A DNA stretch of 64,000 bases. Origin: a virus. The stretch is taken from positions 1 to 64,000 of the IMG/VR virus record IMGVR_UViG_3300033146_004128; one strand, written 5' to 3'. Below are positions 28,697-38,759 of this stretch, in pieces. Below the pieces are notes generated by a model. It made no database searches and was not told the origin of the DNA. It saw only the letters and a list, made by a program, of their open reading frames with translations. The stretch's first letter is position 1. Every line of letters starts with the position of its first letter. The position numbers were made by a program, and so were the translations under genes.

Positions 28697-29272
28697 ATGA
28701 GCTTAAGACAGACATTTCTAGATATACTAGAGGATAACATTGAAGGCATGAGCAAGAAGGAGGCAGAGTATTACATTGAGAATGATGCCATCCCTGAATC
28801 AGGAAGCGTGTCAGGGCTTATTATGTATGCTGAGACTGAAGAGATAGGTGCAAAATATCACAGTGAGCTTATGCAGATCATTAAAGACAACTTTGGTGAG
28901 ATGGACGAGTGCCCTTCACTTAACGATTTGGTCTGGATAGCTTGGTCTGCAATGCTTGAAGAAATAAAAGAGGAAGCTTTGAAGTCAGTAAGAACAGAGA
29001 TTGAGGTTCCACGGTCTGTGATAGTGGCATTTTCTGAGGCGTCAAGTGGCATTTCTGTTGACTTGTCTATGTACGTTGACTATGTAAACGAGAGTCGTGT
29101 TGGTGTTGATACTGATGTAGCGATAGACATGGAAGAATTCGTTGCTGAACTTAAAGCATATGTTTTCTACAAGGTTGACGAGACTGAAGATATGAATGTC
29201 ATAGAGTCTGTGTGTGAAAAGATAGAGGAAGCATACGATAATGATGAAGACTATGTTGATTTGGTTGCGTAA
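28697..29272 (+). CDS. acidic phage protein (DUF7222-like N-terminus)
   Basis: ESGSVSGLIMYAET...LNDLVWIAW. Confidence 0.55.
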   Translation: MSLRQTFLDILEDNIEGMSKKEAEYYIENDAIPESGSVSGLIMYAETEEIGAKYHSELMQIIKDNFGEMDECPSLNDLVWIAWSAMLEEIKEEALKSVRTEIEVPRSVIVAFSEASSGISVDLSMYVDYVNESRVGVDTDVAIDMEEFVAELKAYVFYKVDETEDMNVIESVCEKIEEAYDNDEDYVDLVA

Positions 29273-29379
29273 TGAGAAATAGTGAGAGTGTGCTTATTGT
29301 AGGGATAGTTGTATTGGTAATACTGTTTGCAGGAGATCCTGATCTCATGGATGCGATAATTGTATATCTAAAAAAGTGA
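29272..29379 (+). CDS. small membrane protein (35 aa)
   Basis: TAATG coupling, TM helix followed by FAGDPDLMDA. Confidence 0.55.
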   Translation: MRNSESVLIVGIVVLVILFAGDPDLMDAIIVYLKK

Positions 29380-29413
29380 GATATTCACTATTAGATTTGC
29401 CGTAACTTTGCAG

Positions 29414-29419
29414 TATAAT
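29414..29419 (+). promoter_or_regulatory. possible -10 box upstream of the GNAT gene
   Basis: TATAAT in one of the few true intergenic gaps of the block. Confidence 0.4.
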
Positions 29420-29444
29420 GTTGTAAAAAAGATAGGAATAAGTT

Positions 29445-29948
29445 TTGCAACATAATGAAAATTTTGAGTTCGAGCGAATAGATTATGCTCCAGATATATA
29501 TGTGTCAGTATTCGCTGACGAAGAGAGTAGAGAGTTTGAGTTCCATACGGAAGAAGCAACATTTTTTAAAAGGGTTGGGTCAGGATTTGAAAAAGTAGGT
29601 CTTATTAGATACAGGACTGAAGAAGACTTCATGACAAAAGATGACCTGCTTGAGATGGCATGCGCATATTGCGAGAGTGCAGTAGAGGCTATCGATAATT
29701 GTAGCGTGCACAGCTTTGACAATGGAGACATCTATATAGAAGAACTTAAGGTATGCGAAGACAAGAGAGGTGTCGGGTATGGGAAGATGATACTTGACTG
29801 GATATCAACAAGATCAGAAAATACAAATATAATTTTTCTGACTGTTGAGTATAGCGATGACAGCCTTTTTGAATATTATGAGAAAAATATATCCGGGTTT
29901 ATAATTGACGGAGTGAAAGATAGGACCATGACATTCGCAAAAATATAA
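29445..29948 (+). CDS. GNAT-family acetyltransferase
   Basis: IYIEELKVCEDKRGVGYGKMIL acetyl-CoA binding motif A; TTG start. Confidence 0.8.
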   Translation: MQHNENFEFERIDYAPDIYVSVFADEESREFEFHTEEATFFKRVGSGFEKVGLIRYRTEEDFMTKDDLLEMACAYCESAVEAIDNCSVHSFDNGDIYIEELKVCEDKRGVGYGKMILDWISTRSENTNIIFLTVEYSDDSLFEYYEKNISGFIIDGVKDRTMTFAKI

Positions 29949-29957
29949 GGAGATGCG

Positions 29958-30194
29958 ATGGCGTATGAGGTTTTCGCAGTAAGCGAAGAGGGTACAGAAA
30001 CGGTTTTTGTATCAGAGGACAAAAGTGAAGCACTGGAGAAAAGGCTTGAGCTTCAAAGGGAGCTTGATCACGGTGTCTGGAGCAACACCACTAGCCTGCA
30101 TAATGTTGTTGGGTTTAATGTTGATGAAGGTCCAGATAGTGATGCCATAGAGGTGTTTAATGGTGGAGTGTATAAAGAGGGGGGAGCAGAGTGA
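29958..30194 (+). CDS. hypothetical acidic protein
   Basis: AAGGAG RBS. Confidence 0.7.
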   Translation: MAYEVFAVSEEGTETVFVSEDKSEALEKRLELQRELDHGVWSNTTSLHNVVGFNVDEGPDSDAIEVFNGGVYKEGGAE

Positions 30195-30475
30195 AGCAAG
30201 AGCAAAGATACTTTAGAACTTCAGATCTTGCTGAGTACAAGGTTGTAGGATACAAGATAATAGTTCCTGCCGGTATGGCATACGAGCAAATGTACCATGT
30301 CCTGCACTCTGTTAGCGGAAAGCATCAGGAGGTTGATGTGTTTAGCGGCTTAAATATGTCAACAACAAGAGACTGGGCGACATCGTTAGATATGGCTATA
30401 GCAAACAAAATCAAACTGCTTGAAAATGAGATTGTTTCTCTTGAGCTAAGAAGGGAAAACGAAAGAAGAGGTTAA
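30191..30475 (+). CDS. hypothetical protein
   Basis: GTGA coupling. Confidence 0.7.
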   Translation: MKQEQRYFRTSDLAEYKVVGYKIIVPAGMAYEQMYHVLHSVSGKHQEVDVFSGLNMSTTRDWATSLDMAIANKIKLLENEIVSLELRRENERRG

Positions 30476-30477
30476 AT

Positions 30478-31452
30478 ATGGACTATAATGAGTATGACAA
30501 AATCATACTCTTCTTCTCAGGTGGCAAAGACTCAGTCTACTGCTATCTACAACTACTTGAAGCCGGAGTACTTCCGGAAAAAATCGAACTACACCATCAC
30601 CTTATTGACGGCAACGAGGGAAGCTCTCTCATGGACTGGCCTATTACTGAAAGCTATTGTCGTGCATTCGGCAAAGCATTTGGGTCTAAGGTGTACATGT
30701 CTTGGCGTGTTGGTGGGTTTGAAAGAGAGATGCTTAGAGAAGAAGACCCAACAGAGGCTATTATGTTTGAGGATGAGAATCATAATATAGTATATGCACC
30801 AGGAGGGCTAAAGAATCCGCCACTAGGGACAAGGAGAAAATTTCCACAAGTGACGGCAAATCTTAGTCAGAGATGGTGTTCAAGTGCACTAAAGATTGAT
30901 GTCGGAGACAGGCTAATAAAAAGACAGTTTAGATTTAGCGGTGATCGTAAATATCTTGTCATTACAGGAGAGCGAGCTGAGGAGTCAGCAGCACGAGCAA
31001 AGTATAAGTCATTTGAGACACACAGGAGCTTCATAGACGGCAAAAGAACCAAGAGGTTGATATACCATGCCAGAATTGCAAAAGAAGCTACTGAGGTTCA
31101 AGTATGGGACTTGCTGAAACAATACGGAGTGAACCCGCACCCGGCCTATCAAGCAGGGTGGGGTAGAACATCTTGCCTTACGTGTATATTCGGGAGCCCT
31201 AACCAGTGGGCAACCGTAGCGAAATATATGCCTGACCACTTCAATAAGGTGGCTGCATATGAGGAAGAGTTTGGTGTAACCATTCATCGCACTATGAGTA
31301 TTGTAGAGCAAGCAGATAGGGGTGAAGCATATAATGTTGAGCCTAATGTGTATAGGATAGCTATGTCGAAAGACTATAAGGAAGATATCATTCTTACTGG
31401 AGGATGGGATCTGCCAAAAGGTGCGTTTGGAGATGCAAGCGGACCAACATAA
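30478..31452 (+). CDS. PAPS-reductase-family (PP-loop, DndC-like) protein
   Basis: FSGGKDS, RWCSSALK, TGERAEES, GWGRTSCLTCIF. Confidence 0.85.
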   Translation: MDYNEYDKIILFFSGGKDSVYCYLQLLEAGVLPEKIELHHHLIDGNEGSSLMDWPITESYCRAFGKAFGSKVYMSWRVGGFEREMLREEDPTEAIMFEDENHNIVYAPGGLKNPPLGTRRKFPQVTANLSQRWCSSALKIDVGDRLIKRQFRFSGDRKYLVITGERAEESAARAKYKSFETHRSFIDGKRTKRLIYHARIAKEATEVQVWDLLKQYGVNPHPAYQAGWGRTSCLTCIFGSPNQWATVAKYMPDHFNKVAAYEEEFGVTIHRTMSIVEQADRGEAYNVEPNVYRIAMSKDYKEDIILTGGWDLPKGAFGDASGPT

Positions 31453-31455
31453 TAA

Positions 31456-31968
31456 ATGGAGAATAGTATGGAAAAAGTAACAAAAAGAACAGTGATTGTA
31501 AAAAAGATAGACGGATCAGCGGTTAGCCACGAAGAGATATCAGTAGCGTTCAATGATGTTGTTGAGAAAGTGCTGTATGGAAAAACTGTAGATGATAAAG
31601 ATGAAGTGTGCTCAATGATAAGCTATGCGTTCCCTGATCTTGAAAACAGTATGGAGGAATTGTACTGCGAGCCAAAATACCTAAAGGATCCAGCGGATGA
31701 GTATAGTACAGAGCTAAACGAGTTAGGTGAAGAAAAGTACAAGGAAATTTCATCAGAAATGAAGAAAAGAATCGATGCCAAATTTAAGGATCTCACTGAT
31801 GCGATGAGGGAGCTACATGGGATAGTTGTTCCTGAGATCACCCATAAAGATTTTGGATATATTGAGGATACTGAGAATGCTGACTTTGCTGACGTATTGA
31901 TTTCAACATGCATAAAAAAAGAGGAGATAGACAGATGTGATGTCCCTGAGGGAGAGGTGATACTCTAG
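31456..31968 (+). CDS. hypothetical acidic protein
   Basis: Coupled ORF. Confidence 0.7.
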   Translation: MENSMEKVTKRTVIVKKIDGSAVSHEEISVAFNDVVEKVLYGKTVDDKDEVCSMISYAFPDLENSMEELYCEPKYLKDPADEYSTELNELGEEKYKEISSEMKKRIDAKFKDLTDAMRELHGIVVPEITHKDFGYIEDTENADFADVLISTCIKKEEIDRCDVPEGEVIL

Positions 31969-31972
31969 GTAT

Positions 31973-32590
31973 ATGAGACTTGCCACACGAATAACACGTG
32001 TGGCCAAATATGTATTAAAACAAGAAGGAAAAAAAATGATTAAAATAGATATGAAAGAGGCAGGTAAAAAGCTTGTCGAGAAACAACCATTCAGAATCAT
32101 AATGGATGACCATGATAAAAAAGGTACGCCGGCTACAGAGTATACCAATTTTGTAGACGTACTTACGTTCAGCGTGTATGGTGTAGGACAGAATTTCCAA
32201 AACATTCCGTTCGCCACCACCACGAGCACAAAATACATGGGTATCGAGACAAAAACGGTTGGGCTTATAAACCAGAATGGGGATATAGTATGCCAAGTTC
32301 CATCCTCTGAGTACAATAAGTTCAAAAACCCAGATGAGTTCAGAAGGGAAAAGGAAAGATTCAAGTTTAATTGTAATGATGATGAGATTATAATTGCTCT
32401 TAAGCTTACAGAAAATCCTGCAAGAGGCGGATCGTACAGCTACTTGCTTCTACTAAAAGAACCTTTGACCGTAGAAGAAATGCAGAAGAGAAGAGATTCA
32501 TCTGTGTTCTCTGCTAAGAAAAAAGTAGAGAATGAGTCTCTGTCTAAGATTGAAATGTTATGGGGAAACAAGGAAGAGGAGGTAGCATAA
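31973..32590 (+). CDS. hypothetical protein
   Basis: Coupled ORF; start may be ATG32038. Confidence 0.75.
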   Translation: MRLATRITRVAKYVLKQEGKKMIKIDMKEAGKKLVEKQPFRIIMDDHDKKGTPATEYTNFVDVLTFSVYGVGQNFQNIPFATTTSTKYMGIETKTVGLINQNGDIVCQVPSSEYNKFKNPDEFRREKERFKFNCNDDEIIIALKLTENPARGGSYSYLLLLKEPLTVEEMQKRRDSSVFSAKKKVENESLSKIEMLWGNKEEEVA

Positions 32591-33147
32591 TGGCAGATAT
32601 GTGGTTTTACCAGGCTATATCAAATGGTATAGGTGGAACTATGTGTGGAGGAACAGAGGACAGGTATCAGAAAGAAAATACTGAGACCATAAAGATACGT
32701 CTTAGGATCGCAAAGTTCCTACAGCAGGAAAAGTATCTTGAGATGTCTATAAAAGATGGGTACCTGAAGCGTAATTATTTAGGTAGGGGGGAGGACGCAG
32801 AGTCTGCTATTGAATTTAACATGAACTTAGTAGACGCAAAGAAGACCCTGGATAGAAAAATAAAATCACAGATTAGGGAATGTATGAACATTAGATTTCC
32901 AGATCTTAAAAAGACATCCAAAAATTACGCAATGGTTAAGAAGGTTATGTTAACCGAGCTTTCCGGGTATAAGCCTGCTGATCTGATGAATAAGTATATT
33001 CGTGAAAGAAAAAATCTTCCTAAAAAGAAAAAGATAAACAAAGGCTCAGTAGGTCTTACTGAGCTAGGGTTTGAAACATATCGCACAATGTTTGATATAG
33101 GATTCAACATAAGATACCTACCGAGACAGGAAGAGGAAAAGTCATGA
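32590..33147 (+). CDS. hypothetical basic protein
   Basis: TAATG coupling, GGAGG RBS. Confidence 0.75.
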   Translation: MADMWFYQAISNGIGGTMCGGTEDRYQKENTETIKIRLRIAKFLQQEKYLEMSIKDGYLKRNYLGRGEDAESAIEFNMNLVDAKKTLDRKIKSQIRECMNIRFPDLKKTSKNYAMVKKVMLTELSGYKPADLMNKYIRERKNLPKKKKINKGSVGLTELGFETYRTMFDIGFNIRYLPRQEEEKS

Positions 33148-33431
33148 GTACTGTTAAATCTATAGCCAATGACAACACATCAAGCAATGGTGGTGTAAAG
33201 GCTAGAAAGTGCCCTTTTTGTGGAAGCAGTGATATCATTATGAATACAGATAAGTATGCGTCATCACACAGGGTGCTCGCAGAAGCATATTGCTCATGTG
33301 GATATTGTAAGTCAAAAGGACCTACGGTTATATCTGTGTGTGATGGCGATACACACTTGAAGGAAATGGAGAAATTAAAAGATGATGCACGCAGTTTATG
33401 GTGCGGACTAGATACGAAAAAAGGAGGGTAG
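33144..33431 (+). CDS. Lar-family restriction-alleviation-like zinc-ribbon protein
   Basis: KCPFCGS...CGYCKSKGP. Confidence 0.65.
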   Translation: MSTVKSIANDNTSSNGGVKARKCPFCGSSDIIMNTDKYASSHRVLAEAYCSCGYCKSKGPTVISVCDGDTHLKEMEKLKDDARSLWCGLDTKKGG

Positions 33432-33433
33432 AT

Positions 33434-33859
33434 ATGAATAGTAGGCAGGTCGTGCTGGGGTCAATACTATATACAGTTCTGGCTTCGATAGACAAGAGAG
33501 AAGACCATGGAAAACGTGGAAGAAAGGCTATCATGAAGAAGATTAAGAAGTCTCTAATGGTATACGGAAATAGTGATAGTGAGAATTATCTAAAGCTTGT
33601 CGGAGAGTCAGGAGGTGTACTTGAGTCTGCTAAGGAAGAGCTTAATAAAAATTCTTTTCTTCTTAATCCTGGAGTGTTGATTAGGACGATAAAAGGTAAG
33701 TATCCTGAATATCTAGATGTGTATGATATAAGTGATGATCACATACAGAACATAGCAGAGGCTTATGAGTCAAGCAACGCAGGCTATACATCTGTGCAGT
33801 TGGCTAACAGGATAGTTTTACAGGTAGATAAGTTTGTAGAAAGTTTGGAGGAGAAATGA
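33434..33859 (+). CDS. hypothetical protein
   Basis: GGAGG RBS before ATG33434. Confidence 0.75.
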   Translation: MNSRQVVLGSILYTVLASIDKREDHGKRGRKAIMKKIKKSLMVYGNSDSENYLKLVGESGGVLESAKEELNKNSFLLNPGVLIRTIKGKYPEYLDVYDISDDHIQNIAEAYESSNAGYTSVQLANRIVLQVDKFVESLEEK

Positions 33860-34107
33860 AAGATTTTAATGATGCAGTATCAAAGGTTGCCAAGACATTT
33901 GGGTATACAAAAAAGAGGGTATTGGCTGATGGAATAGTAGTGGAAATAGAAGCAGAAGATGGAGAAGATTTTCAAAACTACTCCTATGAAAATGGAGATA
34001 TAGTAGAAGCAGGAACACCCATTGGGGTAGAGGTTTTCGATCCAGAAACAGATAACACAGAAGATGATGCCGTATTTTATATGTACGATCATATTCTAAT
34101 AGGATAA
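33856..34107 (+). CDS. hypothetical acidic protein
   Basis: ATGA coupling. Confidence 0.7.
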   Translation: MKDFNDAVSKVAKTFGYTKKRVLADGIVVEIEAEDGEDFQNYSYENGDIVEAGTPIGVEVFDPETDNTEDDAVFYMYDHILIG

Positions 34108-34119
34108 AGGTAAAAAGAC

Positions 34120-34419
34120 ATGGAATATATACACGTCGTAACAGTGATGATTGAATATGAGTTGTATCAGCAATTTGCATTTGTGGATGAAGCTGATGCA
34201 AAAGAGAAAGAGACTGAGTTGAGCAAGATGTATTTTGAAGATAGATTTGAAGAGGCGTTTAATGATGTAGAGGGTGACGAGCCTGCGTACCCAGAGTTTG
34301 AAAAGGACGCTACGTTTATGGATTACCAGGGAAGCTCTGCATGGTGGGATGATGATAGCAGAGTAACTGTGTTCAATACGATGATTGCCGTATCAGGCTC
34401 TAGCAAAGAAAACAAATAA
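34120..34419 (+). CDS. hypothetical acidic protein
   Basis: AAGG RBS. Confidence 0.7.
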   Translation: MEYIHVVTVMIEYELYQQFAFVDEADAKEKETELSKMYFEDRFEEAFNDVEGDEPAYPEFEKDATFMDYQGSSAWWDDDSRVTVFNTMIAVSGSSKENK

Positions 34420-34431
34420 AGGGATAACAAT

Positions 34432-35472
34432 ATGGAAAATTTAATGGAAATGGGTGTTTATTACCCATCTGTAGGAACAGCAGCTCACAAAAGAGGAGCG
34501 GAAAGAAACTTCGACTCATTGATTGTCAATGGTATTTTAATTAAAAAAGTTGAGGATGAAAGAGAGTCATCGAAAGTAGTTGTGAATTATTCCAAAAAAG
34601 CAGGAGAAGAGATAGTTATACATGCTAAAGATCAAAAGCTAATGGATGAAATGCTCAACGATAGGTTGTTTAAAGGACTTACTGAAACTGACATACTTGA
34701 GAGGTTTGCAGTCATGGCAAACAACAGAGCAACAACAGTAAGAACTCTAGGCGTAGCCACACTATACTCGCTTCCTGGTGACGGTCTGCATGCTTCATTA
34801 AGGGTGATAAATAGACCGTATATGCCTAATAAAATTACAGGCGAGAAGGTGAAAGAAACGATACTTAAGGCATTAAACACTAGAGGCAGTGGTCTCGGAT
34901 TGACTGTAGATGATATCGCCATAGCAAACGAAGTGTTTGGCCTTACTGCAGACAAGAACTATAATACCTTAAGAAGAAATGCTCTTGACTATATGCTTAA
35001 GGAAAAGTATAGAGATGATTCAGAGTGCACTACAGAGGAAGATGAGGATAATACGGGTATCGTGGTTGTGCTTAGTGACACTGAGGAATGTGAGCAAGAA
35101 GAAGATCGCCCGAAACCTCATCAGGCAGATCTACCATTCGAGTTCGAAGAGGAAAAGCCAGCATCGCTAAGAACAAATGCCTGGAGAACAGACATGCCAC
35201 TTGGTGATATAAAGAATGACATAGTTACGGCTGAAGAAGCAAAGCGAGGAAGAACTCTATACTTTGCCTATGACAATAGACTATACAAGGGATCAGCTGG
35301 AGGATATGAGTATGGTGAATTTGGAGAGCCAGATGTGATTATTGTCAAAAATATCAAGCCTATATTCGGGGCGGAAGTTACAGGCTCTGGTCCAAAGCAG
35401 AATAAAGTGAGCGCTCTAAAATGTAGTGCTACTTTAGAGGGTGCCATATATAAATTTGTGAGAGGTGTATAA
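34432..35472 (+). CDS. hypothetical protein
   Basis: 346 aa with an acidic linker. Confidence 0.8.
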   Translation: MENLMEMGVYYPSVGTAAHKRGAERNFDSLIVNGILIKKVEDERESSKVVVNYSKKAGEEIVIHAKDQKLMDEMLNDRLFKGLTETDILERFAVMANNRATTVRTLGVATLYSLPGDGLHASLRVINRPYMPNKITGEKVKETILKALNTRGSGLGLTVDDIAIANEVFGLTADKNYNTLRRNALDYMLKEKYRDDSECTTEEDEDNTGIVVVLSDTEECEQEEDRPKPHQADLPFEFEEEKPASLRTNAWRTDMPLGDIKNDIVTAEEAKRGRTLYFAYDNRLYKGSAGGYEYGEFGEPDVIIVKNIKPIFGAEVTGSGPKQNKVSALKCSATLEGAIYKFVRGV

Positions 35473-35927
35473 TGGTTGTACATGTAGTAATTAAAATAGA
35501 GAATGGGGTAGTGGTTAATACAAATGTCTTTAATCATAGAGCAGATGCTGAACTGTATGCCATGGGACTCGGAAGAGAATCTGGAGTAAACGTATTTATG
35601 TTTGATGAGCTAGAAGAAGCGCTTGCCGAGCATGGAGATGGAACAACCATATCTATAAGTGATGAGCCTGTGCATAGTGATGGCTGTGGTGAAGACATAG
35701 TTATGAATAAGTGGGATATACACACTGCAACACTCGTTGGTGAAGAAGGAAATGGTGATCCAATAGAAGTAGAAGTAGTTCTTGGCGCGTATGGAATACG
35801 TATAGAGTTTGCAGAAGAAGGAAACGATAAGTGTGTAATGCTGGATTATTTTAACAATAAGTTGTCAGTTAAAGTGTGGGCTGATAATGATAATGAAGAC
35901 TTTACGCATGAGATCCCTCTATCATGA
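35472..35927 (+). CDS. hypothetical acidic protein
   Basis: TAATG coupling. Confidence 0.75.
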   Translation: MVVHVVIKIENGVVVNTNVFNHRADAELYAMGLGRESGVNVFMFDELEEALAEHGDGTTISISDEPVHSDGCGEDIVMNKWDIHTATLVGEEGNGDPIEVEVVLGAYGIRIEFAEEGNDKCVMLDYFNNKLSVKVWADNDNEDFTHEIPLS

Positions 35928-36118
35928 TAGCAAAAGGGTTCGAAGAGTTTTACGAAAAAAACAAGAATTATTTTTTCGTAAAGCATGGCGGTGATGAAAA
36001 AAAAATGAGGAGTGACGCTATGTCCGCACATGGAGAGATACTTAGATTTAAGAATGCTCCAAAGAATGTGTCTGGAAAAGTATCTAAGAAGAAGCCAAAT
36101 CCGTATGGATTTAACTAA
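35924..36118 (+). CDS. hypothetical basic protein
   Basis: ATGA coupling. Confidence 0.65.
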   Translation: MIAKGFEEFYEKNKNYFFVKHGGDEKKMRSDAMSAHGEILRFKNAPKNVSGKVSKKKPNPYGFN

Positions 36119-36127
36119 GGAGAATGA

Positions 36128-36760
36128 ATGAGTTATGTTATACATTTTGACAAGTGGTCAAATATTGAAGAAGAATACAGAAATGTCACATGGGAGGAAG
36201 TATCCAGTAGTGATAGAGCAATGGCGTCAACCGAAGGGTTTGAGTGGTGGCTTGATGAAAACTACTCAGACTACGATCTTGACATAGAAGAGATCAAGGA
36301 GGGGTGGTCCAGCAACGAGGATGTCGATGCCACGGATCTTATAGAAGAGTTTAGAGGCAGCGAGGATTTTTATTCTATCCAGGATGCCTATACTCCAATA
36401 TACAATTACGTACATGTTCTTCAGCATGAGCCAACATGGAAAGAGGTGCTACTTGTAGATAGGTATGTTGGGAATGTTGTGGTGATAGAAATTGAAGCAT
36501 GTGATATGTTTGCACTTGCATTGACTGGGTGCGGAATGGATCTTAGTGACAACATAGAGTTAGCATACTACCTAACAGACGGACAAAGCCCGGTAAAGGC
36601 ATCGCAAATAATGTCCCTAAGTAAAAAGGCTGAGAGTATGCTTCTTCACTTCAGGAAGTATGCGAAAGAATACGGGAGAGTATCTCCTAATGAGGTTGCC
36701 AATTTTATCAAGGAGTATGATGATGGAGAAAAAAAGTCAGTGGAAAAAGAAGAAAGCTGA
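36128..36760 (+). CDS. conserved acidic phage protein
   Basis: PIYNY...LALTGCGMDLS motif; AAGGAG RBS. Confidence 0.75.
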   Translation: MSYVIHFDKWSNIEEEYRNVTWEEVSSSDRAMASTEGFEWWLDENYSDYDLDIEEIKEGWSSNEDVDATDLIEEFRGSEDFYSIQDAYTPIYNYVHVLQHEPTWKEVLLVDRYVGNVVVIEIEACDMFALALTGCGMDLSDNIELAYYLTDGQSPVKASQIMSLSKKAESMLLHFRKYAKEYGRVSPNEVANFIKEYDDGEKKSVEKEES

Positions 36761-37373
36761 ACCATACAAGCCGGTAGACCCCGATGAGCCAAACGACAAT
36801 GTTGTTGTGTATAAAAATACCGGGGTAAAAAAAAGACAATCGGAAAATGTAGCAGAGCACAAGCAGCCAACAGTCAACAAATTCAACAGTCGGGACTGGG
36901 AGCAAAAGAAGAAAGTTGCAGACAGGCTTGCCAAGATAAAGCAGAAAAGAAAGACAACAAAAGAGGACAAGCGTGGAGTCCTCATTATCCGTGACTATAT
37001 GTCTTATCTGCACATGAAATATGGTGGAGGTACGGGGACACAGATGGAAGTTCACCACTGGATGCCAAAAAGCAGGATAAAGCATAACGACTTCTTTGTG
37101 TGCTGCATTCCACCAGATGAGCATTATGAAATACATCATGGAGGGGGAAGCGTTAATGCCTTTATAGAGAAGAAAGGGATAGGAACACTGCTCGTTGACT
37201 CTGCAATAATGTTTGCGGAGTGGCTTGCTACAGAGGATGGTCACAGGCACAGACACAGCGATGTGTTCACTGCCATGATCCAAGATATAGGGTTAGACCC
37301 TGAGAATTATGATCATGTACTTGAGACAACTCGCAGGTACGCAGAAGAGATAAGATTGCAAAGGAGAAAGTAG
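36720..37373 (+). CDS. HNH-like (His-Me finger) protein
   Basis: EVHHW...VCCIPPDEHYEIH resembles Ref/DUF968-type HNH. Confidence 0.5.
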   Translation: MMEKKSQWKKKKAEPYKPVDPDEPNDNVVVYKNTGVKKRQSENVAEHKQPTVNKFNSRDWEQKKKVADRLAKIKQKRKTTKEDKRGVLIIRDYMSYLHMKYGGGTGTQMEVHHWMPKSRIKHNDFFVCCIPPDEHYEIHHGGGSVNAFIEKKGIGTLLVDSAIMFAEWLATEDGHRHRHSDVFTAMIQDIGLDPENYDHVLETTRRYAEEIRLQRRK

Positions 37374-37556
37374 GTGAAATATGAGGTGTTAATAACAGAG
37401 GTTAGAACTAGAATGGTTGAGGTTGATGCAGATACTCCCGAAGAAGCAAAAGACAAAGTACAAGACGAATACGAGAGAGGTATGCATGATCTTAGTCTTA
37501 GCGAGCATATACAGGAAACAAAAATTAAAGAACTTAACGAAATTTGGAGGAAGTAA
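37374..37556 (+). CDS. DpnD/PcfM-like protein
   Basis: KYEVLITEVRTRMVEVDADTPEEAKDKV. Confidence 0.75.
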   Translation: MKYEVLITEVRTRMVEVDADTPEEAKDKVQDEYERGMHDLSLSEHIQETKIKELNEIWRK

Positions 37557-37557
37557 T

Positions 37558-38592
37558 ATGAAAAAGTTAGTAATAACGTGTAAGTATGATGGCAAGAAAG
37601 AGTTTGTAAGTTACAAGACAACACCTGGTGCTCCGGCAGTAGTGGAGACAGTTCCGTTTCACAAGGCAACACTATTCGATAAGCCAGAAGTGGTAGAGGG
37701 GATCATTAGAGATTTCGATCTACCAGAGCCAGGAATATCTGTAGTTGATGTAAACTACAACAGGCAAATAGATGGAGAGACTGACAAGTATTCTGTTTTT
37801 CTTTCCATGGCACAAGAGAGAGCTATAGCAGACAGAGAAAGGCCAGCAGTAAAACCATGTAGTGAAGATGGGATTTTATATCAGTTGTATCTGTTCTCTA
37901 TGCTGTGGCACGGAAGAAACCCTGAGCTTGAAATGCTTGAGTATGATCATGCATTCGAAAGTATAAAAAAAGACTATGCAGAGTTTATGTCCAGCGAGTT
38001 TAACAATCCATCTGTGTCACTATATGAAGCCATAGAAGCCTACTTCGATGATAAACTTGCCACAGAGACAAGGGTGTTTTTCAGGAAGGTGATAGAAAAT
38101 CCTATGGCAGGTGCAGTGATCGCAGTGTTCCCGGACATACCTGCTGACGAAAAAGGAAACCCAACATCATATATGTTTATTGGTCAGCACTCTGCAGCAA
38201 CATACAAGTTCTTCGTGGAAGATACTGTATCAACAAAGTCTGGATGTGATGTATATGGATGCATGGAAGAGCACCTGAGAGACATCGTAGGGTATGATGA
38301 TCTTGTCGTGTGCGAAGATCCACAAGAGATAGGGTTTATGCCAAAGTGCTTGTACTGCGACTGCGGGAACAGTCCTACGCATTTTATCTGTGAATCGTGT
38401 GGCGACGGAATGTGTGACGAGTGCTATGATGCAGACAAAGAGCATGATGCTCACTACCAAGACCCTGCACAGAGTGCGGATGGTGAGGAACAGTATCTGT
38501 TGATGGATGATGTTTTTGGCGGTGGGTACGGATGTGACTCGTGTGTGGGAAAAGCTTTGAAGATGGAGAAAAATATGGAGATAGAACTATGA
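37558..38592 (+). CDS. multi-domain hypothetical protein with C-terminal zinc finger
   Basis: VFFRK...IAVFP...SYMFIGQH module plus CLYC/CESC/CDEC/CDSC. Confidence 0.75.
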   Translation: MKKLVITCKYDGKKEFVSYKTTPGAPAVVETVPFHKATLFDKPEVVEGIIRDFDLPEPGISVVDVNYNRQIDGETDKYSVFLSMAQERAIADRERPAVKPCSEDGILYQLYLFSMLWHGRNPELEMLEYDHAFESIKKDYAEFMSSEFNNPSVSLYEAIEAYFDDKLATETRVFFRKVIENPMAGAVIAVFPDIPADEKGNPTSYMFIGQHSAATYKFFVEDTVSTKSGCDVYGCMEEHLRDIVGYDDLVVCEDPQEIGFMPKCLYCDCGNSPTHFICESCGDGMCDECYDADKEHDAHYQDPAQSADGEEQYLLMDDVFGGGYGCDSCVGKALKMEKNMEIEL

Positions 38593-38759
38593 GTGAAGAA
38601 GTAAAACTGTTTCTTAGCATAATGCTTAAGAAGAAAGTCGATAGCTACACTATCGTAAACAATACAGGTGACATCTACCCAAATGGAGGAGACATATTTG
38701 TGTCTCTGACTTTTGAGGATGGGAAGTCTAAAGCAGTTAAGTTTAAGGAGGTTACATGA
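38589..38759 (+). CDS. hypothetical protein
   Basis: ATGA coupling. Confidence 0.65.
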   Translation: MSEEVKLFLSIMLKKKVDSYTIVNNTGDIYPNGGDIFVSLTFEDGKSKAVKFKEVT

